Positions 8,717 through 18,637 of a stretch of 64,000 bases of DNA are shown piece by piece. The stretch comes from a virus. Both the position numbers and the translations under genes were made by a program. Numbering within the stretch: position 1 is the first letter of the stretch; every line of letters begins with the position of its first letter. Under the pieces are notes generated by a model that saw only the letters and a list, made by a program, of their open reading frames with translations, had not been told where the DNA came from and searched no databases. The stretch is taken from the IMG/VR virus record IMGVR_UViG_3300008117_007749; one strand, given 5' to 3'.

Positions 8717-10552
8717 ATGAAACAGAGACTTTTAATAATTTCTTCTCACTTTTCAACAGGAGGAGCTCCACAATTCACTCTAAATAAAATACAAATTTTA
8801 AAAGACACCTATGATATTTGGTGTATAGAATATGATTTTTTATCATCAGATTTTGTTGTTCAAAGAAATGCTGTTATCGAAATACTTGGCGATAACTTTA
8901 TTCCACTTTATGAAAATAAAGAAAAAATAATTTCAATTATTGATGAATTATCACCAGAATTAATTTTAATTGAAGAGATATCCGAAACATTCATTAAAGA
9001 AGAGATACTTAAAAAGATTTATTGCAGTGAAAGAAATTGGAAAATAATAGAGACAACTCATAGTTCTCATAACAATTCCGGACTTAAAAGATATCTTCCA
9101 GATAAATTTACATTTGTATCTCAGTGGTCATTAGAAATGTACAAACATTTAGGAGTGGATTCGACGGTCATCGAATATCCAATTGATAAAAAAAGTCGAA
9201 ACAAATATAAATCTCAAGTCGAATTAGGACTTGACCCTAATAAAATACACGTCTTAAATGTTGGGTTATTTACTTCCGGAAAAAATCAAGGATACGCATT
9301 TGAAATTGCTAAACATTTTTTAGACAAAAATTACGAATTTCATTTTGTAGGTAACTTAGCGGGTAATTTTCAAGATTATTGGGGTCCAGTAATTGAAAAT
9401 AAACCAGATAATTGTAGAATTTGGGGAGAAAGATCAGATGTCAAAAACTTTATTGAAGCATGTGATGTGTTTCTTTTTACTTCACGATTTGAATTAAATC
9501 CACTCGTCATAAAAGAAACTCTCTGTTATGATATACCGATACTAATGTTCAACTTACAGACATATTGTGGAATCTATAATAATGAACAAAATTGCCATTT
9601 CTTGAAAGGGGATACTAATAAAGACTCAAAATTATTAGAAAATATAATAAAGGAAAATTCTAAACATAAATTTGGATATGTTCTTTATTCAAATGAAAAA
9701 TACTTTGAAATATCGAAATTATGTGCTGAATCAATAAGAAAATCAAGTAATCACCCAATTTATGTCTATCTGATGAATTCAGATAGAGTTTTAGATATAG
9801 AAAACTGCCATACAATAAATTGGATATGTGATTTAGAAGTGGATTCCGAAATGTATAACACTATTGGTGATAACTTTTACATAAATAGAGGAAACTCTAA
9901 CATTTATAAAATGTTAATACAAAGACCAAAAGTAGTCAAAGATGTTTTAGAAAAATATGTAGAAACAGTCGCATATGTAGATAGCGATTCAATTGCTACT
10001 AAATATGTTGATAACATCTTTTCAATGTATCCTAAATATTTAGAATATCCATACTTTGTAGAAGGAGTATATGACTATCTTTTTTACAACGGGAGAGGAG
10101 GAGCTGAAACTAAAGAAGACTTAACAAATACACTAGAGCATCCAGTTTGTGAATTGTATGATATAGATCAGAAAATTAGAGAAAGATATAGACAAACAGG
10201 TTATTTTATCGCTGGTAAAAATACTTTAGATTTTTTACAAGAGTGGTCCGATATGTGTGAAAATCCAATAATATTAGAAAATAACGAATGGTTTGCTCCT
10301 TATAACGAAGAAACTATTTTAAATTGTCTTTTATATAAAAAGAAAATATTAGACGGATTACCTTGTATTTATGTAAATGGAACTTTAGATACGATTGATA
10401 GAGTATATTCAGAAATTGGTTTTTCTGACAAAGATGTAATAGTAGATTCATGGTTACGAATTCCATCAAAAAAAGAAAACTTACTATTCATACACGGCGA
10501 AAAAAACTTACCAATACTAAATAAAATGATAAAAAAATTAGAAGAAATATGA
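8717..10552 (+). CDS. Two-domain glycosyltransferase: N-terminal GT-B (GT4-like) plus C-terminal GT-A-like domain
   Basis: HFSTGGAPQ, NVGLFTSGKNQ, DVFLFTSRFELNPLVIKE (E-x7-E); second domain has a YVDSDS DxD motif and NEETILN. Confidence 0.85.
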   Translation: MKQRLLIISSHFSTGGAPQFTLNKIQILKDTYDIWCIEYDFLSSDFVVQRNAVIEILGDNFIPLYENKEKIISIIDELSPELILIEEISETFIKEEILKKIYCSERNWKIIETTHSSHNNSGLKRYLPDKFTFVSQWSLEMYKHLGVDSTVIEYPIDKKSRNKYKSQVELGLDPNKIHVLNVGLFTSGKNQGYAFEIAKHFLDKNYEFHFVGNLAGNFQDYWGPVIENKPDNCRIWGERSDVKNFIEACDVFLFTSRFELNPLVIKETLCYDIPILMFNLQTYCGIYNNEQNCHFLKGDTNKDSKLLENIIKENSKHKFGYVLYSNEKYFEISKLCAESIRKSSNHPIYVYLMNSDRVLDIENCHTINWICDLEVDSEMYNTIGDNFYINRGNSNIYKMLIQRPKVVKDVLEKYVETVAYVDSDSIATKYVDNIFSMYPKYLEYPYFVEGVYDYLFYNGRGGAETKEDLTNTLEHPVCELYDIDQKIRERYRQTGYFIAGKNTLDFLQEWSDMCENPIILENNEWFAPYNEETILNCLLYKKKILDGLPCIYVNGTLDTIDRVYSEIGFSDKDVIVDSWLRIPSKKENLLFIHGEKNLPILNKMIKKLEEI

Positions 10553-12351
10553 ATTCAAAAGAAACTAAACAAAGATATATTGATGAGTTTAACTCAACTG
10601 AGTTAATAAAAAAACAAACAATTGAAGACAACGTTTCATTTAATCTACACTTTGTTCAAAAGGCATTCTTTGAAGTTGTTGGTAATTCAAAGAAAAAGTA
10701 TCCAGTCTTTTTCTTTGATGGAGAAAATAATTTAGTTTATAAAACTGATTTAAGTTCAGGAATGTGGGCATCTCCAAGTAAAACCTATTTTGAGAAATGG
10801 AGAATTGTCGTTGATGACTCAGGTAAGTTAATAGAATTTAATTATGACTGCACAGGAAAAAGAGTCTATATAAGCATGGATTCATCTTCATTAGGAGACA
10901 CTATCGCTTGGATGCCTTATATTGATGAATTTAGAAAAAAATGGAATTGTCATGTAATCACATCAACATTTTGGAATAAATTATTTAGGAATTCTTATCC
11001 TGAAATAGAGTTTATAGATCCAGGAGTTGTAGTTCATAACCTTTATGCTATGTATGTTTTAGGATGGTTCTGGAATAAAGACAAAGAGCCGGAAGAACCA
11101 AATACAATACCTTTACAAAAAGCGGCCTCTAATATATTAGGATTAGAATTTAAAGAAATTAAACCTGAAATTGACTTCGTGCCTGGTCAAAATCCATATA
11201 AAGAAAAATATGTAGTTATTGCACCACACTCAACATCTGGTCTTAAATACTGGAATAATCTAACTGGATGGCAAGAAGTTATAAACTATCTAAACGGATC
11301 TGGATACAAAGTCGTAAATATATCAAAAGATTCGGTAGAATACTACGGAGTTGAAAATTTATTAGATACTAGCATAGAATATACAATGAATGTGATTCAC
11401 CACAGTGAGTTTATGATTGGTTTATCGAGTGGACTTTCATGGTTGTCATGGGCATTAGGAAAACATGTTGTCATGATTTCTAATTTTACAACATCAGACC
11501 ACGAATTTCAATCAAACTGTAGTAGAATTATTGATAGAAGTGTTTGTTCTGGATGTTGGAATAAAAGTGAGTTTAGATTTGATAAAGGCGACTGGAATTG
11601 GTGTCCTGTCCATAAAGGAACCGACAGACAATTTGAATGTCACAAAAAGATTACCGGTCAAATGGTAATCAATAGAATCAAAAGTATTGATAAATTAAAT
11701 AACTTCGAATGGGGATGGATGAAAGATAATTTGAATCAAAAAGAAATACTTATCAAAGAAATATTTGAAGACAAAATTTATGAAAGATTTTTTCAAATTG
11801 AAAAAGGTGATGTTGTTATGGATATTGGAAGTTCAGTAGGTCCATTTCCTTACTCAGCTGGTGAAAAAATTAAACACGTGTATTGTTTAGAACCAAGCGA
11901 TGTGGAATTTGATACTTTATTGGAAAATATGAAAGATATTTCATCCACCTGTTTGAAGCTGGGAATATCCGATGAAACAGGAATAACCGATGGTGATTAT
12001 ATTTACGGAGGACAACAAAAAATGGAATGTATTTCATTCAGTGACCTGATTGAAAAATATAATATTAATAAAATTGACTTCTTAAAAACGGACTGCGAAG
12101 GTGGTGAATATGACATCTTTAATTCAAAAAATATTGAATGGATTAAAAGTAATGTGAGTAAGATTTCTGGAGAATGGCACTTGGGAAATAATTTAAAGGA
12201 AAAATTTAGAAAGTTTAGAGATGAAATATTAGTTCAATTTCCAAACTACGAGGTTTATTCTTTAGATGGATACAATGTAAAATGGGACTTATTCAATGAT
12301 CACTTTTTAGAATACTTTACAGAAGTAATTATACACATAAAAAATTATTAA
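10549..12351 (+). CDS. Aah/TibC-family (autotransporter) O-heptosyltransferase fused to an FkbM-family methyltransferase
   Basis: SLGDTIAWMPY, KYWNNLTGWQEVI, FMIGLSSGLSWLSWALG, iron finger C-x2-C-x15-C-x11-C (VCSGCWN...WCPVHKGTDRQFEC); C-terminal DIGSSVG and IDFLKTDCEGGEY. Confidence 0.88.
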   Translation: MNSKETKQRYIDEFNSTELIKKQTIEDNVSFNLHFVQKAFFEVVGNSKKKYPVFFFDGENNLVYKTDLSSGMWASPSKTYFEKWRIVVDDSGKLIEFNYDCTGKRVYISMDSSSLGDTIAWMPYIDEFRKKWNCHVITSTFWNKLFRNSYPEIEFIDPGVVVHNLYAMYVLGWFWNKDKEPEEPNTIPLQKAASNILGLEFKEIKPEIDFVPGQNPYKEKYVVIAPHSTSGLKYWNNLTGWQEVINYLNGSGYKVVNISKDSVEYYGVENLLDTSIEYTMNVIHHSEFMIGLSSGLSWLSWALGKHVVMISNFTTSDHEFQSNCSRIIDRSVCSGCWNKSEFRFDKGDWNWCPVHKGTDRQFECHKKITGQMVINRIKSIDKLNNFEWGWMKDNLNQKEILIKEIFEDKIYERFFQIEKGDVVMDIGSSVGPFPYSAGEKIKHVYCLEPSDVEFDTLLENMKDISSTCLKLGISDETGITDGDYIYGGQQKMECISFSDLIEKYNINKIDFLKTDCEGGEYDIFNSKNIEWIKSNVSKISGEWHLGNNLKEKFRKFRDEILVQFPNYEVYSLDGYNVKWDLFNDHFLEYFTEVIIHIKNY

Positions 12352-12356
12352 TAAAA

Positions 12357-12728
12357 ATGGAAATAGAAGTTTCAATTGGTGAAATAGTTGATAAACTATC
12401 AATATTAGATATAAAAATGAAAAATATCACAAATAATGAAAAATTGAAAAATATTGAAAAAGAATTTATTTATCTGAATAATATAGTTTTTAATCAATTA
12501 AAAATCGAAGAAATTGACTATCAAAAATTAGTTTCTATAAATAAAAAACTTTGGATAATAGAAGATGATATCAGAGATAAGGAAAGAAATAAAGAATTTG
12601 ACGAAAATTTTATAGAACTCGCAAGATTAGTTTATTTCACAAATGATCAAAGAGCTGAAATTAAAAAAGAAATTAATATAAAATATGGATCTTTATTTGT
12701 AGAAGAGAAGTCTTATCAAAAATATTAA
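12357..12728 (+). CDS. DUF6165-like protein (usually found beside glycosyltransferases)
   Basis: VSIGEIVDKLSIL, LWIIEDDIR, FIELARLVYFTNDQRA, EEKSY. Confidence 0.75.
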   Translation: MEIEVSIGEIVDKLSILDIKMKNITNNEKLKNIEKEFIYLNNIVFNQLKIEEIDYQKLVSINKKLWIIEDDIRDKERNKEFDENFIELARLVYFTNDQRAEIKKEINIKYGSLFVEEKSYQKY

Positions 12729-13369
12729 CGAGGAGGAGCTGGTACAGTAAAGTTACCTGTGGTCAAATTACTTATCTTTATCCACTCACACCTTAACCTA
12801 TCATTAGAGTTTTCCACACCCCCAGCAGCAATAATAAAACCACCGTTAAGAGCTATTTGATTATAGTGTGTCCAATCTATAGATCCGAGAGACTCTTGTG
12901 TTCCAATAATTTGATACTGATCATCAACAGTACCTGAAACTCTGTCTCTAAAAAATAAATCAGTACCTCTACTAAAAGTAGAAGAATTAAAAGTATTGTA
13001 TGGATCAAAAGATCTCGTAGAATTAGTTAAACTAACAATTTGAACTCTTCTAAATATATTACTATATGTAAATGAAGCAGGAGCATAATCACCGTCATAA
13101 GTAGGATTTAATGTACCATGGCAAATTAAACGAGCATTTGTTAGTGTAGCTGATGTATTCCAATATAGTTCAGTGAAATATTTACCACTACTACCCTGTT
13201 TTGAAAAACATGCTTCTATTTGCACAATATCTCCTACACCGAAGTTATTTGGTGGAACTTCAATTGACTTTATCAATGCAGGACCAGAAGCTGTTATGCC
13301 AGTAACCGCCGCGCAATTGCTAATTACATTCCAAGCTTTTCCTAAACTATATGTATTCGTTTCCGCCAT
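12725..13369 (-). CDS. Putative fibre-tip/virion beta-sandwich protein, paralogue 1 of 3
   Basis: VPPNNFGVGDIVQI...LYWNTSATLT...IDWT, pattern shared with the next two ORFs. Confidence 0.6.
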   Translation of the reverse strand: MAETNTYSLGKAWNVISNCAAVTGITASGPALIKSIEVPPNNFGVGDIVQIEACFSKQGSSGKYFTELYWNTSATLTNARLICHGTLNPTYDGDYAPASFTYSNIFRRVQIVSLTNSTRSFDPYNTFNSSTFSRGTDLFFRDRVSGTVDDQYQIIGTQESLGSIDWTHYNQIALNGGFIIAAGGVENSNDRLRCEWIKISNLTTGNFTVPAPPR

Positions 13370-13376
13370 AATTTTA

Positions 13377-13883
13377 TTATTTTATTATTCCAAAATATCT
13401 TTTTGTCATTGTATCCACTCTATCAGTCGCTAGTATTAAATAACCATCTGTGTTCCAATTTATAGTTGTTATTGTAGTCATATCAATGTTGGTCTCTTCA
13501 CCACCAGTATCACCCAAATCAGTTGCAGTTGTTTGACTAGTACTCCAAACTAAAGTTGTGGTGGAATCCACTATTGCCATTGTTCTATATATCGGACAAT
13601 AGTCATCATTCACACTATTTGTAAGAGATCGAGCCAATAAAATAGGAGTTGTTAAATCATTAGTTTCATTCCAATATACATAACAAGAATACTGAGAATC
13701 ACTTGTTGATGCCCTCTGAACCACTCCTTGTATATTAATAACATCATTTGATTTCAAAGTACCAGCTGGTATAAAAAATGACTCTATAAGAGCTATTTGT
13801 CCATCAGTTGTTGAATCAGTTACAGTAACACCATCAACAAATCCAACAGCACCAGCTACCTCAAAAGTATTAATTTTACCCAT
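13377..13883 (-). CDS. Putative fibre-tip/virion protein, paralogue 2 of 3
   Basis: IPAGTLKSNDVINI...VYWNETNDLT...INWN. Confidence 0.6.
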   Translation of the reverse strand: MGKINTFEVAGAVGFVDGVTVTDSTTDGQIALIESFFIPAGTLKSNDVINIQGVVQRASTSDSQYSCYVYWNETNDLTTPILLARSLTNSVNDDYCPIYRTMAIVDSTTTLVWSTSQTTATDLGDTGGEETNIDMTTITTINWNTDGYLILATDRVDTMTKRYFGIIK

Positions 13884-13884
13884 T

Positions 13885-14451
13885 TTAATTATTTATTTTA
13901 AAATATCTAACCTGTAAAACATCAGAAGCATTATCAACATCTCCACTTACAAGAATCCAAACATCATTTTGCCAATTAACAGATACCAAATCAATACCAC
14001 CTGGTGATTCACCATTCCTACCATTTAATTCACTGCCTCCAAAAGCTAAATCAGTTGTTGCACTTCTAGTGGTATCAAAAGCTATTGTACTGTTAGTTGC
14101 TGATCTTATACCCAATCTTCTATGAAGAGGAAGAGACCGAGAAGTTGAAGTATATAAACACTGAGCTAACTGAGTCGCTCCTGATAAAGAAGCAGTGGTA
14201 CCATACCAAAATCTAAGAGTGCAAGTATTATTAGTAGCGGATTTTGTACCTAAAGTTCTAATATCCAATACCTCATTTGCTATATAAGTTCCTGCCGGAA
14301 CAAGAGTACTATAAAGTAAAACATCAGTCAATGAGCTTGTTGTTATTCCAGTAACTGTGCTACTTATAACTTTTCTAACATCTGGATCACCAGCATCAGC
14401 CGTAATATCAACTGGGCCTAATGGAAGTGTATATGTATTGTATCTACTCAT
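13885..14451 (-). CDS. Putative fibre-tip/virion protein, paralogue 3 of 3
   Basis: VPAGTYIANEVLDI...FWYGTTASLS...VNWQ. Confidence 0.6.
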   Translation of the reverse strand: MSRYNTYTLPLGPVDITADAGDPDVRKVISSTVTGITTSSLTDVLLYSTLVPAGTYIANEVLDIRTLGTKSATNNTCTLRFWYGTTASLSGATQLAQCLYTSTSRSLPLHRRLGIRSATNSTIAFDTTRSATTDLAFGGSELNGRNGESPGGIDLVSVNWQNDVWILVSGDVDNASDVLQVRYFKINN

Positions 14452-14469
14452 ACTCTATATATAAATAAT

Positions 14470-17400
14470 TTATATTTCTATCCAAGTATTATCAGGACAG
14501 AAAAATATTACAGTTCTACTAATAGCAAATCCAACAATTCTAATTACATCATTTGCAGCAGTCGGAGCTGTGTTTGAAAGAGCTCCAGCCGTAGAATTTA
14601 GATAGACAGCAGAAGCCGTAGCAAAGGTCCAAGAGTCGTTTCTAACATATCCTCTTAGTAACATACCAGACGCTACCGTATTACCCAAAGCTATAGCTAA
14701 CATACCAGTCGAAGTTGCAACTCCGTTAGAATCACTTAGAGACCAAGCACTACCAGAAGTAAAATAATAACAACTAAATGTAACACCACCTCCTGAACCA
14801 AACGTGACCACGTCTCCGTAACCACCTGAAGTAGATAATTCAGTAGTTGGATTATGTGTAAAGTCATAAGAACCGATAACATTCAAGTCTCCACTAACAT
14901 TTAGCAAAGAACCATCAAAAGTTAAATTAGATTCAACAGTAGCATTCGATCCACTTCCATCATAAGTTATGACACCATTCGTGGTGGCTCCTGTGAGACT
15001 TAAGGTTCCATTTGCCCCAGAAGAACCGGATGTACCAGATGTTCCTCTGGTCCCAGAAGAACCGGATGTACCAGATGTTCCGTTAGCACCATTTGCACCA
15101 GAAGAGCCGGATGTACCAGATGTTCCGTTAGCACCATTTGCACCAGAAGAGCCGGATGTACCAGATGTTCCGTTAGCACCATTTGCACCAGAAGATCCGG
15201 ATGTACCAGATGTTCCGTTAGCACCATTTGCACCAGAAGATCCGGATGTACCAGATGTTCCGTTAGCACCATTTGCACCAGAAGAGCCGGATGTACCAGA
15301 TGTTCCGTTAGCACCGGAAGTTCCACTAGTTCCTCTTGTACCGGATGTACCACTTGTTCCTGTAGTTCCGCTTGTTCCAGATGTTCCATTAGCACCGGAA
15401 GTTCCACTAGTTCCTCTTGTACCGGATGTACCACTTGTTCCTGTAGTTCCGCTTGTTCCAGATGTTCCATCACCTTTATCACCAGTTCTATAGAAAGTTA
15501 TAGAACATTGTTCAGTGTCAGTAGGAGTACTTCCGGATAAGTAAGTAACTGATAGAATATTCCAACCTAAATTATCAGTAAGAGCAGTAAGTTGGAAATT
15601 ACAAATAGTGGTATCTGAATTGGAGTTTGATTTTATTTCAATTACTCCCTTCACATTACTAGTGCTATTATCCCATGAAGTTATATAACTTGCAAAACTT
15701 ACCGAATTAACATCCAAATCGTCAATGTAAATCTCAGTAGTACCACTAGCAGCGGCATTATTAAATTTAAACAAACCTGTTCCTGGATCAGAAGAAGCTG
15801 TGCTAATAGCATCAAAGTTATATCTTATACCAGCTGACTCACCTTGTTGTCCTGATGTACCTGATGTACCTGATGTACCACGAGTTCCTGATGTACCACT
15901 TGTTCCAGAAGTCGCGGATGTACCACTTGTTCCAGAAGTCGCGGATGTACCAGATGTACCGGACGTACCATTAGCCCCGGATGTACCAGAAGTAGCAGAC
16001 GTACCAGACGTTCCTGATGTGCCGTTTTGACCAGATGATCCTGATGTTCCAGAAGTAGCGGATGTACCACTTGTTCCAGATGTACCATTGACTCCGGATG
16101 TACCAGAAGTAGCAGACGTACCAGATGTACCGGAAGTACCATTAACTCCGGACGTACCAGAAGTAGCAGAAGTACCGGATGTACCAGATGTACCGTTTTG
16201 ACCAGACGAACCACTTGTTCCAGATGTCGCGGATGTACCACTTGTTCCAGATGTCGCGGATGTACCACTTGTTCCGGAAGTCGCGGATGTACCACTTGTT
16301 CCAGATGTCGCGGATGTACCACTTGTTCCAGATGTACCCGCTACACTAACAGAAGAAGTCCAGGATGCTAATCCATTAGCATCGGAAACTAAAAGGTAAC
16401 CGGATGCGGCTCCGTTTGAAATTTGAATCTGAGAAGTTGTAAGTCCAGAAAGTCTTAGATTAGAATAATTTACTATACCTATATTACCAATAACCGTATG
16501 ATCATCATTTGTTCCTATTAAAGCAAAGGTATCATCTGACTCATCCCAGATAAATGCCTGTGTTAGACCAGTACCTCTAACAAACATAATACCTTCGTCT
16601 AAAACCGGTGATCCAGATTGACTATGACCTAAAGCAATTATTGTATCAGATACCACTAATGAACTAGTGTTTATTGAAGAAAATGAACCAGAAACAGAAA
16701 ATGTTCCATTTACAAATAGGTTTCCTTGTATATTTAATGTAGAACCGTCAAATGTTAAATTTGTTTCAGCTACTGCAGAATTTGAAGAACCATCCGAAGT
16801 AAGTATTCTATTATTTGACGGGTTACTAATTGTAGTAAATCCTGCACCACTTGTTCCTGAAGTACCTGAGGACCCATTCAATCCGGATGTTCCAGATGTA
16901 GCAGACGAACCAGATGTACCGGATGTTGCGGATGTACCAGATGTACCGGATGTACCACTAGTCCCCGAAACCCCAGTACCACCAGATGTACCACTTGAAC
17001 CATTATTACCAGAAGTTCCAGAAGTTCCAGATGTACCATTCAATCCAGATGTACCACTCGTAGCGGATGTTCCAGAAGTACCACTACTACCAGTATTACC
17101 AGAGGTACCACTTGTAGCAGAAGTTCCGGATGTTCCGGATGTTCCTGATGACCCGTTATTTCCAGATGAACCGGATGTACCAGATGTACCAGATGTACCA
17201 CTAGATCCATTTTGACCTGATGTACCAGATGTTGCGGATGTGCCACTAGTTCCAGAAGTAGCAGATGTACCGGAGGTAGCAGATGTACCGGAAGTACCGG
17301 ATGTACCACTTGTACCAGTATCACCAGATGTTCCCGAAGTAGCAGATGTTCCAGACGTACCGGAAGTACCGGAAGTACCGGATGTGCCAGTACTTCCAGA

Positions 17401-17754
17401 AGTACCTGCAGTACCAGAAGTTCCAGCAGTTATAGTATCAACAGAAATTAACCAATTGGAACCATTACTTTGAACAGTGATTGATTGATTCTGTGTTAAA
17501 TTTTTTGTAGAACTACCATCTATGGTCTGAGAGGAAGTTGTATCAACAGTTATTGTACCAGAACCACTGTTTTTAACAACATATATTTTTCCGGCCACAC
17601 CAACAGCTGTTGGTAAAGTAACATTAAAGGTTCCTGAACAATCTACAAAGTAATCACTATCTAAGATAGTATAAGTTGTATTGTTAGAAACATATGGGAA
17701 AGTTACACCTCCCAGTGATATTATTCCTCTACGGGTTATAAATTCATTAGCCAT
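14470..17754 (-). CDS. Fibre protein with three (Gly-Thr-Ser)n collagen-like tracts
   Basis: 1094 aa; Gly at nearly every third residue in the [12 protein letters not shown] tracts; N-terminal TLPTAVG...KNSGSG fibre motif; late promoter at 17794. Confidence 0.85.
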   Translation of the reverse strand: MANEFITRRGIISLGGVTFPYVSNNTTYTILDSDYFVDCSGTFNVTLPTAVGVAGKIYVVKNSGSGTITVDTTSSQTIDGSSTKNLTQNQSITVQSNGSNWLISVDTITAGTSGTAGTSGSTGTSGTSGTSGTSGTSATSGTSGDTGTSGTSGTSGTSATSGTSATSGTSGTSATSGTSGQNGSSGTSGTSGTSGSSGNNGSSGTSGTSGTSATSGTSGNTGSSGTSGTSATSGTSGLNGTSGTSGTSGNNGSSGTSGGTGVSGTSGTSGTSGTSATSGTSGSSATSGTSGLNGSSGTSGTSGAGFTTISNPSNNRILTSDGSSNSAVAETNLTFDGSTLNIQGNLFVNGTFSVSGSFSSINTSSLVVSDTIIALGHSQSGSPVLDEGIMFVRGTGLTQAFIWDESDDTFALIGTNDDHTVIGNIGIVNYSNLRLSGLTTSQIQISNGAASGYLLVSDANGLASWTSSVSVAGTSGTSGTSATSGTSGTSATSGTSGTSATSGTSGTSATSGTSGSSGQNGTSGTSGTSATSGTSGVNGTSGTSGTSATSGTSGVNGTSGTSGTSATSGTSGSSGQNGTSGTSGTSATSGTSGANGTSGTSGTSATSGTSGTSATSGTSGTSGTRGTSGTSGTSGQQGESAGIRYNFDAISTASSDPGTGLFKFNNAAASGTTEIYIDDLDVNSVSFASYITSWDNSTSNVKGVIEIKSNSNSDTTICNFQLTALTDNLGWNILSVTYLSGSTPTDTEQCSITFYRTGDKGDGTSGTSGTTGTSGTSGTRGTSGTSGANGTSGTSGTTGTSGTSGTRGTSGTSGANGTSGTSGSSGANGANGTSGTSGSSGANGANGTSGTSGSSGANGANGTSGTSGSSGANGANGTSGTSGSSGANGANGTSGTSGSSGTRGTSGTSGSSGANGTLSLTGATTNGVITYDGSGSNATVESNLTFDGSLLNVSGDLNVIGSYDFTHNPTTELSTSGGYGDVVTFGSGGGVTFSCYYFTSGSAWSLSDSNGVATSTGMLAIALGNTVASGMLLRGYVRNDSWTFATASAVYLNSTAGALSNTAPTAANDVIRIVGFAISRTVIFFCPDNTWIEI
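15005..15470 (-). repeat. GTS tract with about 5.5 near-perfect 45-bp tandem repeats ([15 protein letters not shown]) followed by an adjacent longer duplication
   Basis: Unit ccggatgtaccagatgttccgttagcaccatttgcaccagaaga(g/t) at 15062, 15107, 15152, 15197 and 15242. Confidence 0.85.
15845..16340 (-). repeat. GTS/ATS coding repeat tract
   Basis: 27-bp SGTSATSGT-type units. Confidence 0.85.
16845..17430 (-). repeat. GTS/ATS coding repeat tract
   Basis: Degenerate 9-bp-period repeats. Confidence 0.85.
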
Positions 17755-17793
17755 TTAAATAGTTCTTTTTTCACTTTCCAAAAGAAGTCAAAG

Positions 17794-17803
17794 TATATAT
17801 TAA
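17794..17803 (-). promoter_or_regulatory. Putative late promoter TTAATATATA
   Basis: Perfect motif upstream of the fibre gene. Confidence 0.7.
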
Positions 17804-17833
17804 AAACTTTAACTCAAAAATTAAAAAATAAAT

Positions 17834-18637
17834 TTAAATAGCTCTAATTAATGTTTTAACTCCCCAAGTTGATGTTGAAGATAAAGCTTGCAGAACAGCA
17901 TAAGTACCAGATATAACAAAAGAAAAAGTAAATCCAGTCGTTGTTCCTAAATCCACTGTTGAAACATCAGTGTAAGTTATAGAGTTACCTTGCCAAACAG
18001 CCGTCAAACTACCAGCTCTTAAATTTGATCCACTACTAACATTATAGTCAATATGTGCACTTGTATAAGAAGCTGTCGCAAACGAATATATCGAAACAGT
18101 ATTTGAGACAGTAGCTGTTGTAAGTTTAGATGTATATAAAGCCTGTACTCCTGATTCACCAATTAAAGCTGAATTATTAATTGAAAGTGATAAACCATCA
18201 AATGTCATATTTGACTCAACAATAGCATTCGGAACCGAACCATTAAGTGTAATGATACCATTATTGGTTGTTCCTGTAAGCGAAAGAAGACCAGATGTCC
18301 CACTAGTTCCAGAAGTACCGGACGTGCCATCAGTTCCAGAAGTACCGGACGTGCCATCAGTTCCAGAGGTCCCGGACGTGCCATCAGTTCCAGAGGTTCC
18401 GGACGTGCCATCAGTTCCGGAAGTACCAGATGTGCCGTCAGTTCCAGAAGTACCGGACGTACCATCAGTTCCAGAGGTTCCGGACGTACCATCAGTTCCA
18501 GAAGTACCGGACGTGCCATCAGTTCCAGAAGTACCGGATGTTCCCGATACCCCATCAAGACCATTTAATAAAATCCAATCATTAAGTGAAGATGGAACAT
18601 TATTATTATTATTTGCAGTGGATTGATAAGAAAACAA
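17834..18637 (-). CDS. C-terminal part of a GTS-repeat fibre; probably the frameshifted continuation of 18565..21324
   Basis: Only a TTG start; (GTDGTSGTS)n then LSLTG...ESNMTFDG module; continues the upstream ORF in the -1 frame near 18648. Confidence 0.65.
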   Translation of the reverse strand: MFSYQSTANNNNNVPSSLNDWILLNGLDGVSGTSGTSGTDGTSGTSGTDGTSGTSGTDGTSGTSGTDGTSGTSGTDGTSGTSGTDGTSGTSGTDGTSGTSGTDGTSGTSGTSGTSGLLSLTGTTNNGIITLNGSVPNAIVESNMTFDGLSLSINNSALIGESGVQALYTSKLTTATVSNTVSIYSFATASYTSAHIDYNVSSGSNLRAGSLTAVWQGNSITYTDVSTVDLGTTTGFTFSFVISGTYAVLQALSSTSTWGVKTLIRAI

